From the NCBI GenBank assembly GCA_964016885.1, contig OZ024743.1:127286001-127350000 (forward strand): a stretch of DNA of 64,000 nt, in the 5' to 3' direction. Under the pieces are notes generated by a model that was not told the DNA's origin, ran no database searches, and saw only the letters and a program-made list of their open reading frames with translations. Positions 36,041 to 51,157 of the stretch are shown here, in pieces (position 1 is the first letter of the stretch; each line of letters starts with the position of its first letter). The stretch is from Eledone cirrhosa (lineage: Eukaryota). The position numbers and the translations under genes were made by a program.

Positions 36041-39000
36041 GTCACACAGTATGGATGTAATATCCATCACCGAGTCCAGGATCCACAACAGGCAGCAACT
36101 AACCCCCATCTTCGACGACTTTGAGATCTACGCATCTCCCTGTCAGCCTGGAGGTGGAGTGGCTGTCATGTTTTGAAAGAACCTGGACGTCGGACTACAG
36201 CAAGTACACTTGGACCCGGAGAGTAGACTGGTAGTCCTAGACGTGAACAATATCGGAGGTGGAGCCTTCAGACTGGTGACCGTTTATGCCTCGACCGGGC
36301 AATCACAATCACGGCCAGACTTCTTTAACCGTCTAGAGTCTTTTCTGGGAACGTCTCGCTCCTTACTTTTAGTGGGGGACTGGAATGGTATCCTAGATGC
36401 ACGATGGGACTATGTGGGAGCATGTCCTAGTAGAGTGGGGTGCAACAGCCTCAAAACTTTAATCGGCCAATTCCAACTGGCCGATAGGTATCGACTGGAT
36501 TTCCCGACTGCACCACAGTGGACGTGGGCAAACCGCAGTGGGACATCTAGATCGTATTTAGATAGGTTCTTCATTAGAGAAAGGGACAAGGAGATGTTAA
36601 GCTGTCCACGAATGCACATGGTTGTCTATTCAGATCACAAGTTAGTCGTCTGCTTAGTCAATCGTGATAGAATACATAGACAGGGTCCCGGATACTGGAA
36701 GCTGAAGGTGTAGTTGCCGGCACGTAAAGCTTACAGTGAACGGATAAGTAGACTAGTCAAGCAACAGTTAACGGGAGCCATCGTCAACAATAGATGGTGG
36801 TACTCTCTCAAGAAAGCAATTAGAATAGAATTGATAGGGTATAGCAGAGAGTTAGCCTTAGAGAAAAACAGAATAGAAAAAGAACTAGTAGCCAAGGTAG
36901 AGGAGGCACTTAGAAGTGGCAACGTGGCTAGAGTGTTAGCGTCGAGAACGGCACTGGACCAGTTCTTCGATGCGAAACACGAAGGCTGCGTGGTCAGAAG
37001 CAAAACACGTACTCTAGGAAACGAAGGAGCGAAAGCTGTCAGCTGGGCCCGAGTGGCGGACGCAAAAAGTGGCAACATGTCCACGATTCGGTCTTTGAAA
37101 AACCAAAACGGACATGTGCTACTTGACCCCAAGCAAATGTGCGCGACTGTTTGAGCAGAACGACGGTGAGCCGAATGGGGCAATGGACTTTAGTTCATAC
37201 CTCGACGGCCTGCCGCGTCTCTCGAACACAGACGCCGAGTTCTGCGAAAGACCGATCACGGACACTGAGATACGGGACGCTCTGGGCCGCTGCGGGAAAC
37301 GCAAGTCACCCGGTCTAGATGGTCTACCCTACGAATTTTACATAGGCATGCCGGACTTGTTCTCTGGCGTCCTCGAAGCCGTCTACTGCAATTGGCAGCA
37401 GAACAGGAGAATTCCCAGTTCTGCAGGCAAAGGCGTAGTAACGCTGATCAGGAAAGACGAGAACAAGGGGGACAAAATTAACAACTTCAAGCCCATAACT
37501 CTGCTCAACACAGAGTTAAAGATTTTGGCCAAGGTGCTAGCGACAAGGTTGGCGCTTGTCGTCGAGAAGCTGGTAGGGAAAGCGCAAACGTGTGCAATCC
37601 CGACCAGGTCCATACACAACAACCTCCACCTCATGCAATACATCATAGAGAGGGTGGATAGTAAACCCGGCTTCGGTGGGGCTCTGATCAACTTGGATCA
37701 GTCTAAGGAATTCTATAGGGTTGACCATCGATACTTGGAAGCGGTTCTCAAGGCGGCCAGTTTCGGTCCCGTGTTCAGAGGATGGATCAAGGCGATGCAC
37801 ACCAGCATCTGCTCGAGCGTCAAGGTGAACGGCTACCTATCAGAGCCGTTCGCAATCACGTGTTCCATTAAACAGGGGTGCCCTCTCTCCTCCATTCTGT
37901 ATGTATTGACTCTAGAGCCACTACTGCGGAAATTGGAGCTGTTGCAGGGCATCCCTTTAGAATCGGGACTGCGCAAAGCAGTAATGGTGTTGAGCACATC
38001 GGAAATTGAGGTGATCGGTAACTTACTGAAAGAATACGAAACGCTGAAGGGAGCAAAACTAAACCCAGACAAGTCTGTCGGTTTGCAACTCGGTACGTGG
38101 AGAGGCAAACCGATGACATCCGACAGCGTCGTTGGATGCTGGACGGACGGACCGGTGAAATTGCTTGGGGTCTGGTTCGGTCCAGACCTCCAAGTGGAGA
38201 AAAACTGGAAGGAGGTCATGGCCAAGGTGTTTGCACTCACCCAGAAGTGGGCAGAGTGCAAACTGTCCTTGAAAGGTCGAGCGGAGGTGGCGAACACTTT
38301 CATAGTGTCCGTCATCTACTACCGCTTGACTGTCGTGCCTTGTCCCCGTGAACACCTCGCCAAGATGGAACGCATGCTCTTCCAGTTTCTGTGGAAGAAG
38401 CAGGCTCCGCTGGTGAGGAGATTCATCTGCTGTCAGCACCCTCCCAACGGAGGGCTGGGAATGCCGTGGCTGATGATGCGCAAACATGCGCTGAGGCTGC
38501 GGCATCTCCAGGTATTCCTCACCGACCCCCAACCGGTGTTGGGACCGTTTGTGAGACAGGCTTTCCCACAGCTCGTCTCGCTGACGGAGCTGCAGTCCTG
38601 GGTGAAGAAAAGACCGAAAACGATGGGCGCCTGGCACATTGAATGCGCTCAGGCGCTCACAGTCCTCTGGCAAGCGGTCACAGCAATCAGTGGAGACTCC
38701 ACTTCGACATTCTATAGAGGGATTGTACGTTACAAGGGTGATGATGTGCTCGGAGAGACTCTGGACGTCAAAGACGATGAGCTCACCGGTCTGTTTGGTC
38801 GGACTTTCCGGCCGGGACCTATGGACAACTTCCAGAGGTCCCTGGCCTGGCAGTGCTACCGAGGAGCTCTACCGGTTCGTGACAAGATCTACAGGCACGG
38901 ACGCCTCGGCAGGGATCCTTCCAAGAGGACTTGTCCAAGATGCGCGCAGGACATTGAAACAGTCCTGCACGCAATTGTACACTGCCCGGGCGTAACCGAC

Positions 39001-39580
39001 CTGTGGAACTATGCAGAACAACTGCTGTCGCGTATGGCACAAATCCAGTTGAGTGCCGAGTCCATAGTAAGGATCAAACCGCCAGCCTCTTTCAAAAATG
39101 AAAGAGAGGCAGTTTTCTTCTGTACGGTGGCTATGGTGAAAGAAGTTATATGGTGGACGAGGTTGAGAGGACTGAGGACAGATGCCTTTCTCTCCGGACA
39201 ACAATTGATTCCCTTCTTTAAGTATCACTTTAGAAGGAGAATCAGGGTGGAAAGAGAGGCACTGCACCCCAGTAAATTTACTGAAAGGTGGGTGAATGAA
39301 GCGAAAATGGCCTGAGTGATTGGGCCTTCTATGTTTATAAGCCTGTAGGTTAAAGAAGAGAGCAAAAGGAAGAAAGGGGCACTTGCACAACATGCTCCTG
39401 AAGTTGAGTGTTGTTCTATCGACGGGGTATTAAACAACCCATTTGTGGACCCTCCCCCCTATTGGGGATTTCGATTGTTGTAATTGTTTGTTTTTATATT
39501 TTTTACACGACTGTATGTAAAATCCCTGACATGTCTTTGTATTGTCCCCTTTTCTTGTGCGCCCTTGTGGCTAATATAGA
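36041..39580 (+). mobile_element. Tx1/L1-like LINE ORF2, inactivated
   Basis: APE (DVISITE, GDWN, LDRFF, SDH), RT (KSPGLDG, PITLLN, QGCPLS), C-terminal CPRC...HAIVHC; stops at about 36175 and 36711, frameshift at about 37150, YADD missing. Confidence 0.92.
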
Positions 39581-39581
39581 A

Positions 39582-39612
<31 letters not shown>

Positions 39613-39614
39613 AT

Positions 39615-39618
<4 letters not shown>

Positions 39619-39690
<72 letters not shown>
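39619..39690. repeat. (CT)n microsatellite
   Basis: direct inspection. Confidence 0.95.
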
Positions 39691-39698
<8 letters not shown>

Positions 39699-39720
39699 GA
39701 ATATATATATTCTATATATA

Positions 39721-39771
39721 TCATCATCATCATCGTTTAACGTCTATCTTCCACGCTAGCATGGGTTAGAC
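39721..39771 (-). mobile_element. isolated RTE 3' tail
   Basis: reverse complement of TCTAACCCATGCTAGCGTGGAAGATAGACGTTAAACG(ATG)n; twin copy at 61511-61560. Confidence 0.8.
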
Positions 39772-39789
39772 ATATATATATATATAGAA

Positions 39790-42700
39790 TATAAACACTT
39801 CCGCCTGGTGTATTAATACTCCCGGTATATTATGTCAATAAATGCTGCTTTTTCTGATGGTATGGCTATGTATTCTACCTCCTGTAGCAATATACATTTG
39901 TGCTTTTCTTGCTTATTTATTACCTTGTAGATCCTCCTCTTCATTTTCCTCAGCATTGTCTGTTTTAACTTTTTGTCTTGCGATTTAGTAAAGTCCAGTT
40001 TTTTCTACACTGGTATTGATCTTGTTGTGTAGATATTATAAATGAAGTTGCTGGGCTGTTACTGTTTTTCTAATACAACTGATTATAGTAATTTTCAGCG
40101 TCTTGCTAGCTTCGCAAAAGCTTATGTCATTACGTTTATGTATTTTTTCAGCAAGAATCTTGATTTGAAATAGTGTGTTGAAACCGATTTTGTTATATTT
40201 AAGGATGGTCATTTTGCCAATTGAACACACACACCATATAACTTTCACTTTATCTTTATTCTTCGGTCAAATCTCAAAATCTCAAAAGAAGCACAAAGAA
40301 TCGGTCAATGACTCGATTCTTTGTGCTTCTTTTTCTGGAATTACATTTCTATTTCATTTTATTATACTGTTATTTCATTTTGTGGTGCATTTTTCGTGTT
40401 TCATGTTTGTGTATGCATTTGCGTCTGTGCTTTCGTCTATGTGTGTGTATTTGTTTTTGTGATGTTTATGTCTACCAATCTATATCCAAGCAATGCAACC
40501 CCACATCATCAACATGTTCATGAGGAGGAAGAAAAAAATCCCCAACACTCATATGATGATGTGGTCTGACATACTAGAACCAAGGAAATGCACAACCAAC
40601 AATTTCCAATCCTCTAATAATGACATCCCAGTGCTGTATGGACTCCGTAAGGATGACGAGAGGACCACCACCAAGACGCGTCTGCAGAGCAAACTTTGCC
40701 AGCAACTACAGTATTTCCTACTTCCTCTCTATAATCATATGCCTCATAATCAAAATGTCCCCGGACATGTGTGACAGCACGGAGGACCTCCTCAGCAGAA
40801 TCAGCACATGCAATCACATTCATGACCTGAAAAATGCATAATAGGCAACATGAGTGTGGTATTCTAATACCCATCCATAGATTTTTGTGCAGACTTACTT
40901 ATGACAGGGAATAGATGAGTACAACCTTAGCTGTTTATGCCCTAATAGACCTGTAAAAGGTTGACCTCCTACCATCACCTCAATGGCCAAGAACACCACC
41001 ATGGAGAGATGGAGCGGGTGGACCAGACTCATTTGGATCCCCGAAAACCAAGACCAGGTGAGAAAATGATTGCACATGCGATGGGAGCAAGTATTAAAAC
41101 TACTCTAAAGGGCCATGTGCTTAAATTCAATAATAAAACAGAAGACGGAGTGTCCATCGGTGTCAGCGTCACTTGCAATATAGTTAATCTGTCCACGGTG
41201 TGGTGGAACAGGAGATTCAAGGAACGCTTAATTAAAAACTCCATAGCCATAACCATGTGCTCTCGTTATGTTGACGATATCAATATAGTGGTTAAAACTA
41301 CCCCACAGGAGAGTACATATGAATCAGAACTAGAAGCTAGCACTTTGGAGAGCATCCAGAAAATAGCTAACTCCATCCATCAAAGCATTAAGCTAAGAGT
41401 AGACGACCCCATTAAGCACCCCAACCATAGATTACCCGAGTTAGACACAGAACTCTGGATGGAAACTAAGAGTGGTAAAACCCAAATATTTCACTCACAT
41501 ACTTCACTCACATTATAGTAAACACCCAACGGGGGGTGGATTGGCAGTATCGGTAGAGGGTCGGATGCCATGCTTTCCAGCATAGTTACGTCCCTTTACG
41601 ATCTGAGTTCAAATCCCGCCGAGGTTGACTTTGCCTTTCATCCTTACGGGGTCGATAAAATAAAGTACCAGTAATGAACTGGGTAATGCTGGCCTTGTGC
41701 CTAAAGTAGAAACAATTATAGTAAACACCCATGGCCTCCAAGTACTTGGCCCACTGGAACTCAGCTATGTCAGATAGTACTAAGTTTAATATCTTGATAA
41801 CAGACCTGGTAAGGGTGATAAGAAATGTGTCCTGCATATGCGATCCAACAGAATTAAAATGACAGATACAACACTTCACTCACCACAAGCAGTTCTCTGG
41901 TTATAACATAAGAGACAAGATCAGAGTATACAAAGCAGCTATGGCTAAATTCAGAATCATTATAGAAAATTATATGCAGGGGATTTGCCCACTATACAGG
42001 AACAAATCATGGAATAGCATAGAAAGGACTAGGAAAAAGATAAGGAAGAGCAACTCTGGGTACGACAGCCAAAAATACCAGATTATCATGTTCGTCAATG
42101 CTACCTCAAGAGGTGAACAAGTGCATCGTTTTAGAAGGGCTTTAGATAAATTGAACCTTAAGATTATAGTAATAGAAAAACCAAGAGCTATTATAAAATC
42201 ACAGATCAGTAGGACATCCCTTTAAGAGAACCCCCTGTACTGATAGAAACTGTATAGTCTGCATGAAAAGCCCACAGATAAACTAGAAATGTGGTCTATA
42301 GAATAAGATGTTCAGAGAGACGATGTAGAAACACGACAATGACATAGATAGGAGAAACAGCCCATAGCGTAGAAGAGAGAGTAAAGTAACACTGGTGATA
42401 ACTTAAGGAGAAAAGCTCATCAATACTATACCAACATGTCGAATTAGAACATAGGGGTTCAATAGATAAGATAGAAATAAAGATCCTATCTACACATAGA
42501 AATGATGCAATACTCAGACAAATTACTGAGGCCACCCACATAATAGAAAATAGACCCAGTCTAAACAGAAAACACAAGTGGAATAGTAATGGCCAACAAC
42601 TTAATGACTGAAGACAGCATAAGAAAAGAGAGAGAGAAAAAAAAACAAATGACAAAAAAGACACTAACAGCAAAACAGCTAACGATAAAAACCCGCCCAC

Positions 42701-42940
42701 ACTTAAAACAAACATAGACATCACAAACACAAAAACATATATACACACACAGATGAAAGTGCAGATGCATGCATAAACACGAAACAAAAAACGCTCCACA
42801 AATGAAATAGAAATGTAAAACCAGAAAAAGAAGAGGCACAAAAAATCGATAGTTATTGAGGTCACAGATTGGTGTGACGAAAGAACTTTGATGGGAGAAT
42901 AAAGATAAAGTGAATGTTATATGGTGCATGTGTTCAATTC
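39790..42940 (+). mobile_element. degenerate Neptune-type Penelope-like element with inverted 5' pLTR plus ORF N-terminus
   Basis: relic PVLYGLRK, GVSIG, SRYVDDI, RNVVYRIRC..IGETA, homologous to 17907-19118; about 40220-40475 is inverted relative to about 42710-42940; the minus-strand arm encodes MTILKYNKIGFNT. Confidence 0.85.
41529..41714 (+). mobile_element. tRNA-derived Meta-like SINE inserted in the PLE with a 17-bp TSD
   Basis: TSD ATTATAGTAAACACCCA at 41512-41528 and 41715-41731; B box GAGTTCAAATCC; GGTTGACTTTGCCTTTCATCC...GGTCGATAAAATAAAGTACCAG core. Confidence 0.85.
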
Positions 42941-43245
42941 CATCTAACCTTGCCACTATCTACAAATTTTCAAACCAGAGTGGACACTATACAATAATTA
43001 GTAGATAAATGGCTTATGTGCCCCCAAACTGTACAGTTTCAATGCTACGTCATGTGTGCATCAGCAAATGCTACAGACAGTAGTTATGCAATATTTCCAA
43101 AAATTACAAATACATAACTCTGATGTAACACATCATCAGTAGGAGTTCAGTCCTTATCCAAACGGGAGATTTTCGTCTGTGAAACTGCCAGTGTCACAAT
43201 GAAACGTCACAGTGATAACAGTTTCATACTATGGCAGAATCACGT

Positions 43246-43767
43246 GACAGTTAGAAATCGGCAGTTAGGAAGAAACACACTTTGGGCGGTAAAATTCAAA
43301 CAGCTGAATAAGCACTGAAGCTCTCAACTTGGTTAGTTATGTGAATCACAAAGATAAATGCAAAATACATACAAATCGAACTAATATAAAAAGAAAATAG
43401 TATTCAAATTACGATTAAAGGCAGGACTGCCATCTGGGAGAAAATTGGCAGTATCGGTAGAGGGTCGGACATGCTTTCCAGCATAGTTATGTCCCTTTAC
43501 GATCTGAGTTCAAATCTGGCCGAGGTTAACTTTGCCTTTCATCCTTACGGGATCGATAAAATAAAGTACCAGTAATGTACTGGGTAATTGCTGGCCTTGT
43601 GCCTAAAATAGAAACAATTATTAATTAAGTTTAATGAGCGCTCCATTTACATTCCGTCTAGCTGTGCCGCTATCTACTCATTGAATTTACAAAAACCAGC
43701 GCTTATTCAGCTGTTTGAATTTTACCACTTCAAGTGTGTTTCTTCTTAATGGCTGATTCTAACTGCC
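43246..43767. mobile_element. MITE-like element with ~70-bp imperfect terminal inverted repeats
   Basis: 43246-43317 versus 43697-43767 (GGTAAAATTCAAACAGCTGAATAAGC and its reverse complement). Confidence 0.65.
43436..43623 (+). mobile_element. Meta-like SINE, second copy, nested in the MITE
   Basis: highly similar to 41529-41714. Confidence 0.85.
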
Positions 43768-44231
43768 TTCCTCTTTAGAATATATATATATATATAATGT
43801 TATATTTATCATCATTTATTTCATAGAAATTATTTAATCAATCATTATTGATTACAAAATAATTACTTTATGTATATATTTTTGTTTTGTTTTACCGTTT
43901 CTCTTTTGTGTTTCATGAATCACTATGGTGTGACATAGAACTGTGTTGGTTTGTGATGTATTTGCTGAATATGGACCCCTCATTACACAACAATCTAATT
44001 GGTTGCTTGCTTTAGCTGATATATAATTTGCATATTTTAACTTCAGTTAAGATAACTATGTCATTGTTGCTCTCCTACTTCAACAAAAATATGGCATTTT
44101 TTTTTGTCTCATCTATTATTTTTCTAAGAAATAAAAAAATAATAATAATACCAAGTAAAAATAAATAAATGTAAAAATAAATAGACTTTAAAATCTCTGA
44201 AAATGCCAAAATTAATAAAAGATATATTGAA

Positions 44232-45805
44232 TTAAAATTTGACAAAAGCTTTCGATACTGTTAACAGAAATGTATTGTGGAAGCTTCTCCAGAAACTTGG
44301 TTGCCCTGATAAGTTCCTTGCTTTGATTAGGTCTTTCCATGATGACATGAAGGCTTGGGTTAATGTCAGAGGTAACATGTTGGAGCCTATCTCAGTGAAA
44401 AATGGAGTGAAACAGTAGGATATTCCAGTACAGACCCTATTTGCCATATACTTTGCGATGGTTTTCTATATTGCATTCAGGAATTGCAAGCATGGTGTTT
44501 ACATCTACTATCGAACCTCTGCATATTTAACATCAGGTGATTTGCTGCAAAAACAAAAGTATTTACCTCTATCATAAGAGACCTCTTGTATGCAGATGAT
44601 TGCTATCTTGTAGTGCACACAGATTGATATGCTGCATATTTTGAATGTATTTTCTGATGCTTTCACTGCCCTAGGATTGACTGTCAGTCTCAAGAAAACC
44701 ATTGTCATGTACCAGCCTGCCTCTGGTAAGCAGTAAAGTGAGCCTAATATCTATGTGTATGGTAAACGACTTGGAGTGGTTGATCAGTTTGTCTACCTGG
44801 GAAGCACTGTCAATTGATACAGCAATCTTGATTAGGAAAGCAAGAAAGGCACCTCTGGGGTCAGTGAGACAGATGCAAGAAGACAAAGGTAAAGGTGTAC
44901 AAGGCATGTGTGCTCTCTTCTCTTCTTTATGCTTGGGAGACGTGGATCACATCTCAACTCCACCTTAAACAGTTGCAACGTTTCCATCAGATGTGTTTCA
45001 GACGGATCCATGGCGTTCACTGAAGGAACCACACCAGTGATGTCGAGATTTTGGAAAGCTCTCTGTGTGAAAGCATAGAAGCTCTTGCGCTTAAGCAAAG
45101 ACTCTGATTGAGTGCTCATCTTGCCAGGATGAAGGATTCTAGGATACCAAAATAACTCTTTTATGGAGAGTTAGTTAAAGGAAAACAACCTCCACTTAAA
45201 CCAAACAAGAGGTATAAGGATTCGTTGAAAGCCTCCTTGAAAGACACTAACATCTCTGCTGATACATGGGAAAGCATAGCTGCTGATCGTATTAAATGGA
45301 GAAAGACTACATGAGGGGAAAGTTGATTTTGAAGCATCTTGAATCGCATATGAGAAAGTAAAATGGGATATCATGAAAGGCATTGCTGTTACATTTCCAG
45401 ACAGCAAAGGTCCTCCTATGGTGCTGACATGCAGCGTCTGTGCAAGACAGACTCTGCCTCAGCAAAGCTGAACTCAAAAGTCCATCTTCGCAGTCATAAA
45501 GTGAGACCAGTGGTTGACTACCAGGCTGCTGTTGGAGATGCTGCTCATCATACCTCTCAGGCATGTCGAAAAGAGTGTAGATCAGCGGGAGGGCTCAAGC
45601 AACATGCAAAAGTACATAAAATACAACCACAGCCGACTATTGCCAGTGAATGTTTTGGTTGCCAAATCTGTGCAAGAAATTTTAGATCATTGGCTGGGCT
45701 AAAAAGCTGCATTTGATCACAGTACCATTAATTATTGTTATATATATATGTGTGTTCTCTTTTTTTTTCCATTGTGCAATGGCCATACTCGATAGCGAGG
45801 AGGCA

Positions 45806-45813
<8 letters not shown>
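44232..45813 (+). mobile_element. degenerate BovB-like RTE LINE with C-terminal C2H2 fingers
   Basis: LTKAFDTVNR..LWKLLQKLGCP, NGVKQ, LLYADD, LKKTIVMYQP, FVYLGS; many stops and frameshifts; fingers in 45363..45716. Confidence 0.85.
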
Positions 45814-45837
<24 letters not shown>

Positions 45838-45839
<2 letters not shown>

Positions 45840-46214
45840 CATCATCATCACTGTTTTACGTCTGTTCTTCCATGCTAGCATGGGTTAGACGGGTTGTCCT
45901 GTTGTGGGCAGTGTCCAGTCAGCTGACCTTGTCTTGCTCATACGGGAACTGGTTCTGGCTTGATTTCTACAGCTGGATGCCCTTCCTAACACCAACCTCA
46001 TTTACAGTGATTGCTGGGTGCTTTTTTTCCGTGGCGCCTCCACGACCACTTTACAGTGGAATGGTAGGGACTCATTTTTATAGCTGAGTAAACTGGAGCA
46101 ATGTGAAATAAAGTGTCTTGCTCAAGGAAACAACACATCACCCGGTCTGAGAATTGAACTCACAACCTTTCGATTGCAAGCCCAATGCTCTAACCACTAA
46201 GCCATGTGCCTTCA
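45838..46214 (-). mobile_element. tRNA-CORE-RTE SINE, variant tail
   Basis: family 1 head and CORE, longer spacer, CCATGCTAGCATGG tail. Confidence 0.9.
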
Positions 46215-46846
<632 letters not shown>

Positions 46847-47188
46847 CATCATCATCATCATCATCATCACCGTTTTACGTCCGTTCTTCCACGCTAGCAT
46901 GGGTTAGACGGGTTGTCCTGTTGTGGGCAGTGTCTGGTCGGCTGACCATGCCTTGCTCATACAGGAACTGATCTGGCTTGATTTCTACAGCTGGATGCCC
47001 TTCCTAACACCAACCTCATTTACAGTGAGTGCTGGGTGCTTTTTCGTGGCGCCTACACGTCCACTTTACAGTGTGGGCTGGGTGCTTTTTTGCCGTGGCA
47101 CCTCCACGACCACCTTGCGGTGGGGGGGGGGGGGCATATTGTTTATATGCTTCAGCATGTACCCATGGGAGGTCGGGTACCCTGTATT
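46847..47188 (-). mobile_element. headless SINE or RTE-UTR-type fragment with variant RTE tail
   Basis: 3' half matches 45838-46060, with a partial internal duplication, a G-run and unrelated 5' sequence instead of tRNA/CORE. Confidence 0.75.
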
Positions 47189-49192
<2,004 letters not shown>

Positions 49193-49406
49193 GTCGTTTC
49201 TGAATTTGTTTAGCAAGATTCTTTATCTGAAATCGTGTGTTGAAACCGATATTGTTATACTTTGGGAGGGTCATGTTGCCAATAAGAAACACACGCACCA
49301 GTTGCTTTCACTTCAATTTAATTTAATATATATTTATAATTTACAAATTTATAAATTTCTGGTTGGTTGGTTGGTTCCACAACCAGATAGTTGTTTATAT
49401 ATATAT

Positions 49407-49451
49407 AGTCATAGTTCTTTCGTCACACACTCTGTGACCTCTTCAGTGACT
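49407..49451 (-). ncRNA. minimal type I hammerhead ribozyme (left arm)
   Basis: exact reverse complement of 49567-49611. Confidence 0.85.
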
Positions 49452-49566
49452 GGGGATTTCTTTCTTCGTTTCTGTGCCTTTCCTTTCTTCTATCCTACGC
49501 CATTTTGAAACAAAATGGCGTAGGATAGAAGAAAGGAAAGGCACAGAAACGAAGAAAGAAATCCCC

Positions 49567-49611
49567 AGTCACTGAAGAGGTCACAGAGTGTGTGACGAAA
49601 GAACTATGACT
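49567..49611 (+). ncRNA. minimal type I hammerhead ribozyme (right arm)
   Basis: AGTCA-CTGAAGA-G-GTCACA-gagtg-TGTGAC-GAAA-gaac-TA-TGACT: 5-bp stem I, 6-bp stem II, intact core. Confidence 0.88.
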
Positions 49612-49769
49612 ATATATATATAAACAACTATCTGGTTGTGGAACCAACCAACAACCAGAAATTTATAAATTTGTAAATTTATAAATATATATTAAATTAA
49701 ATTGAAGTGAAAGCAACTGGTGCGTGTGTTTCTTATTGGCAACATGACCCTCCCAAAGTATAACAATAT

Positions 49770-51157
<1,388 letters not shown>

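Larger units (their letters stand above)
49193..49769. mobile_element. ORF-less fold-back Penelope pLTR element (near-perfect ~520-bp palindrome plus 56-nt tail)
   Basis: arms 49249-49507 and 49511-49769 with a 3-nt loop AAA; tail 49193-49248 colinear with 19639-19693. Confidence 0.9.
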
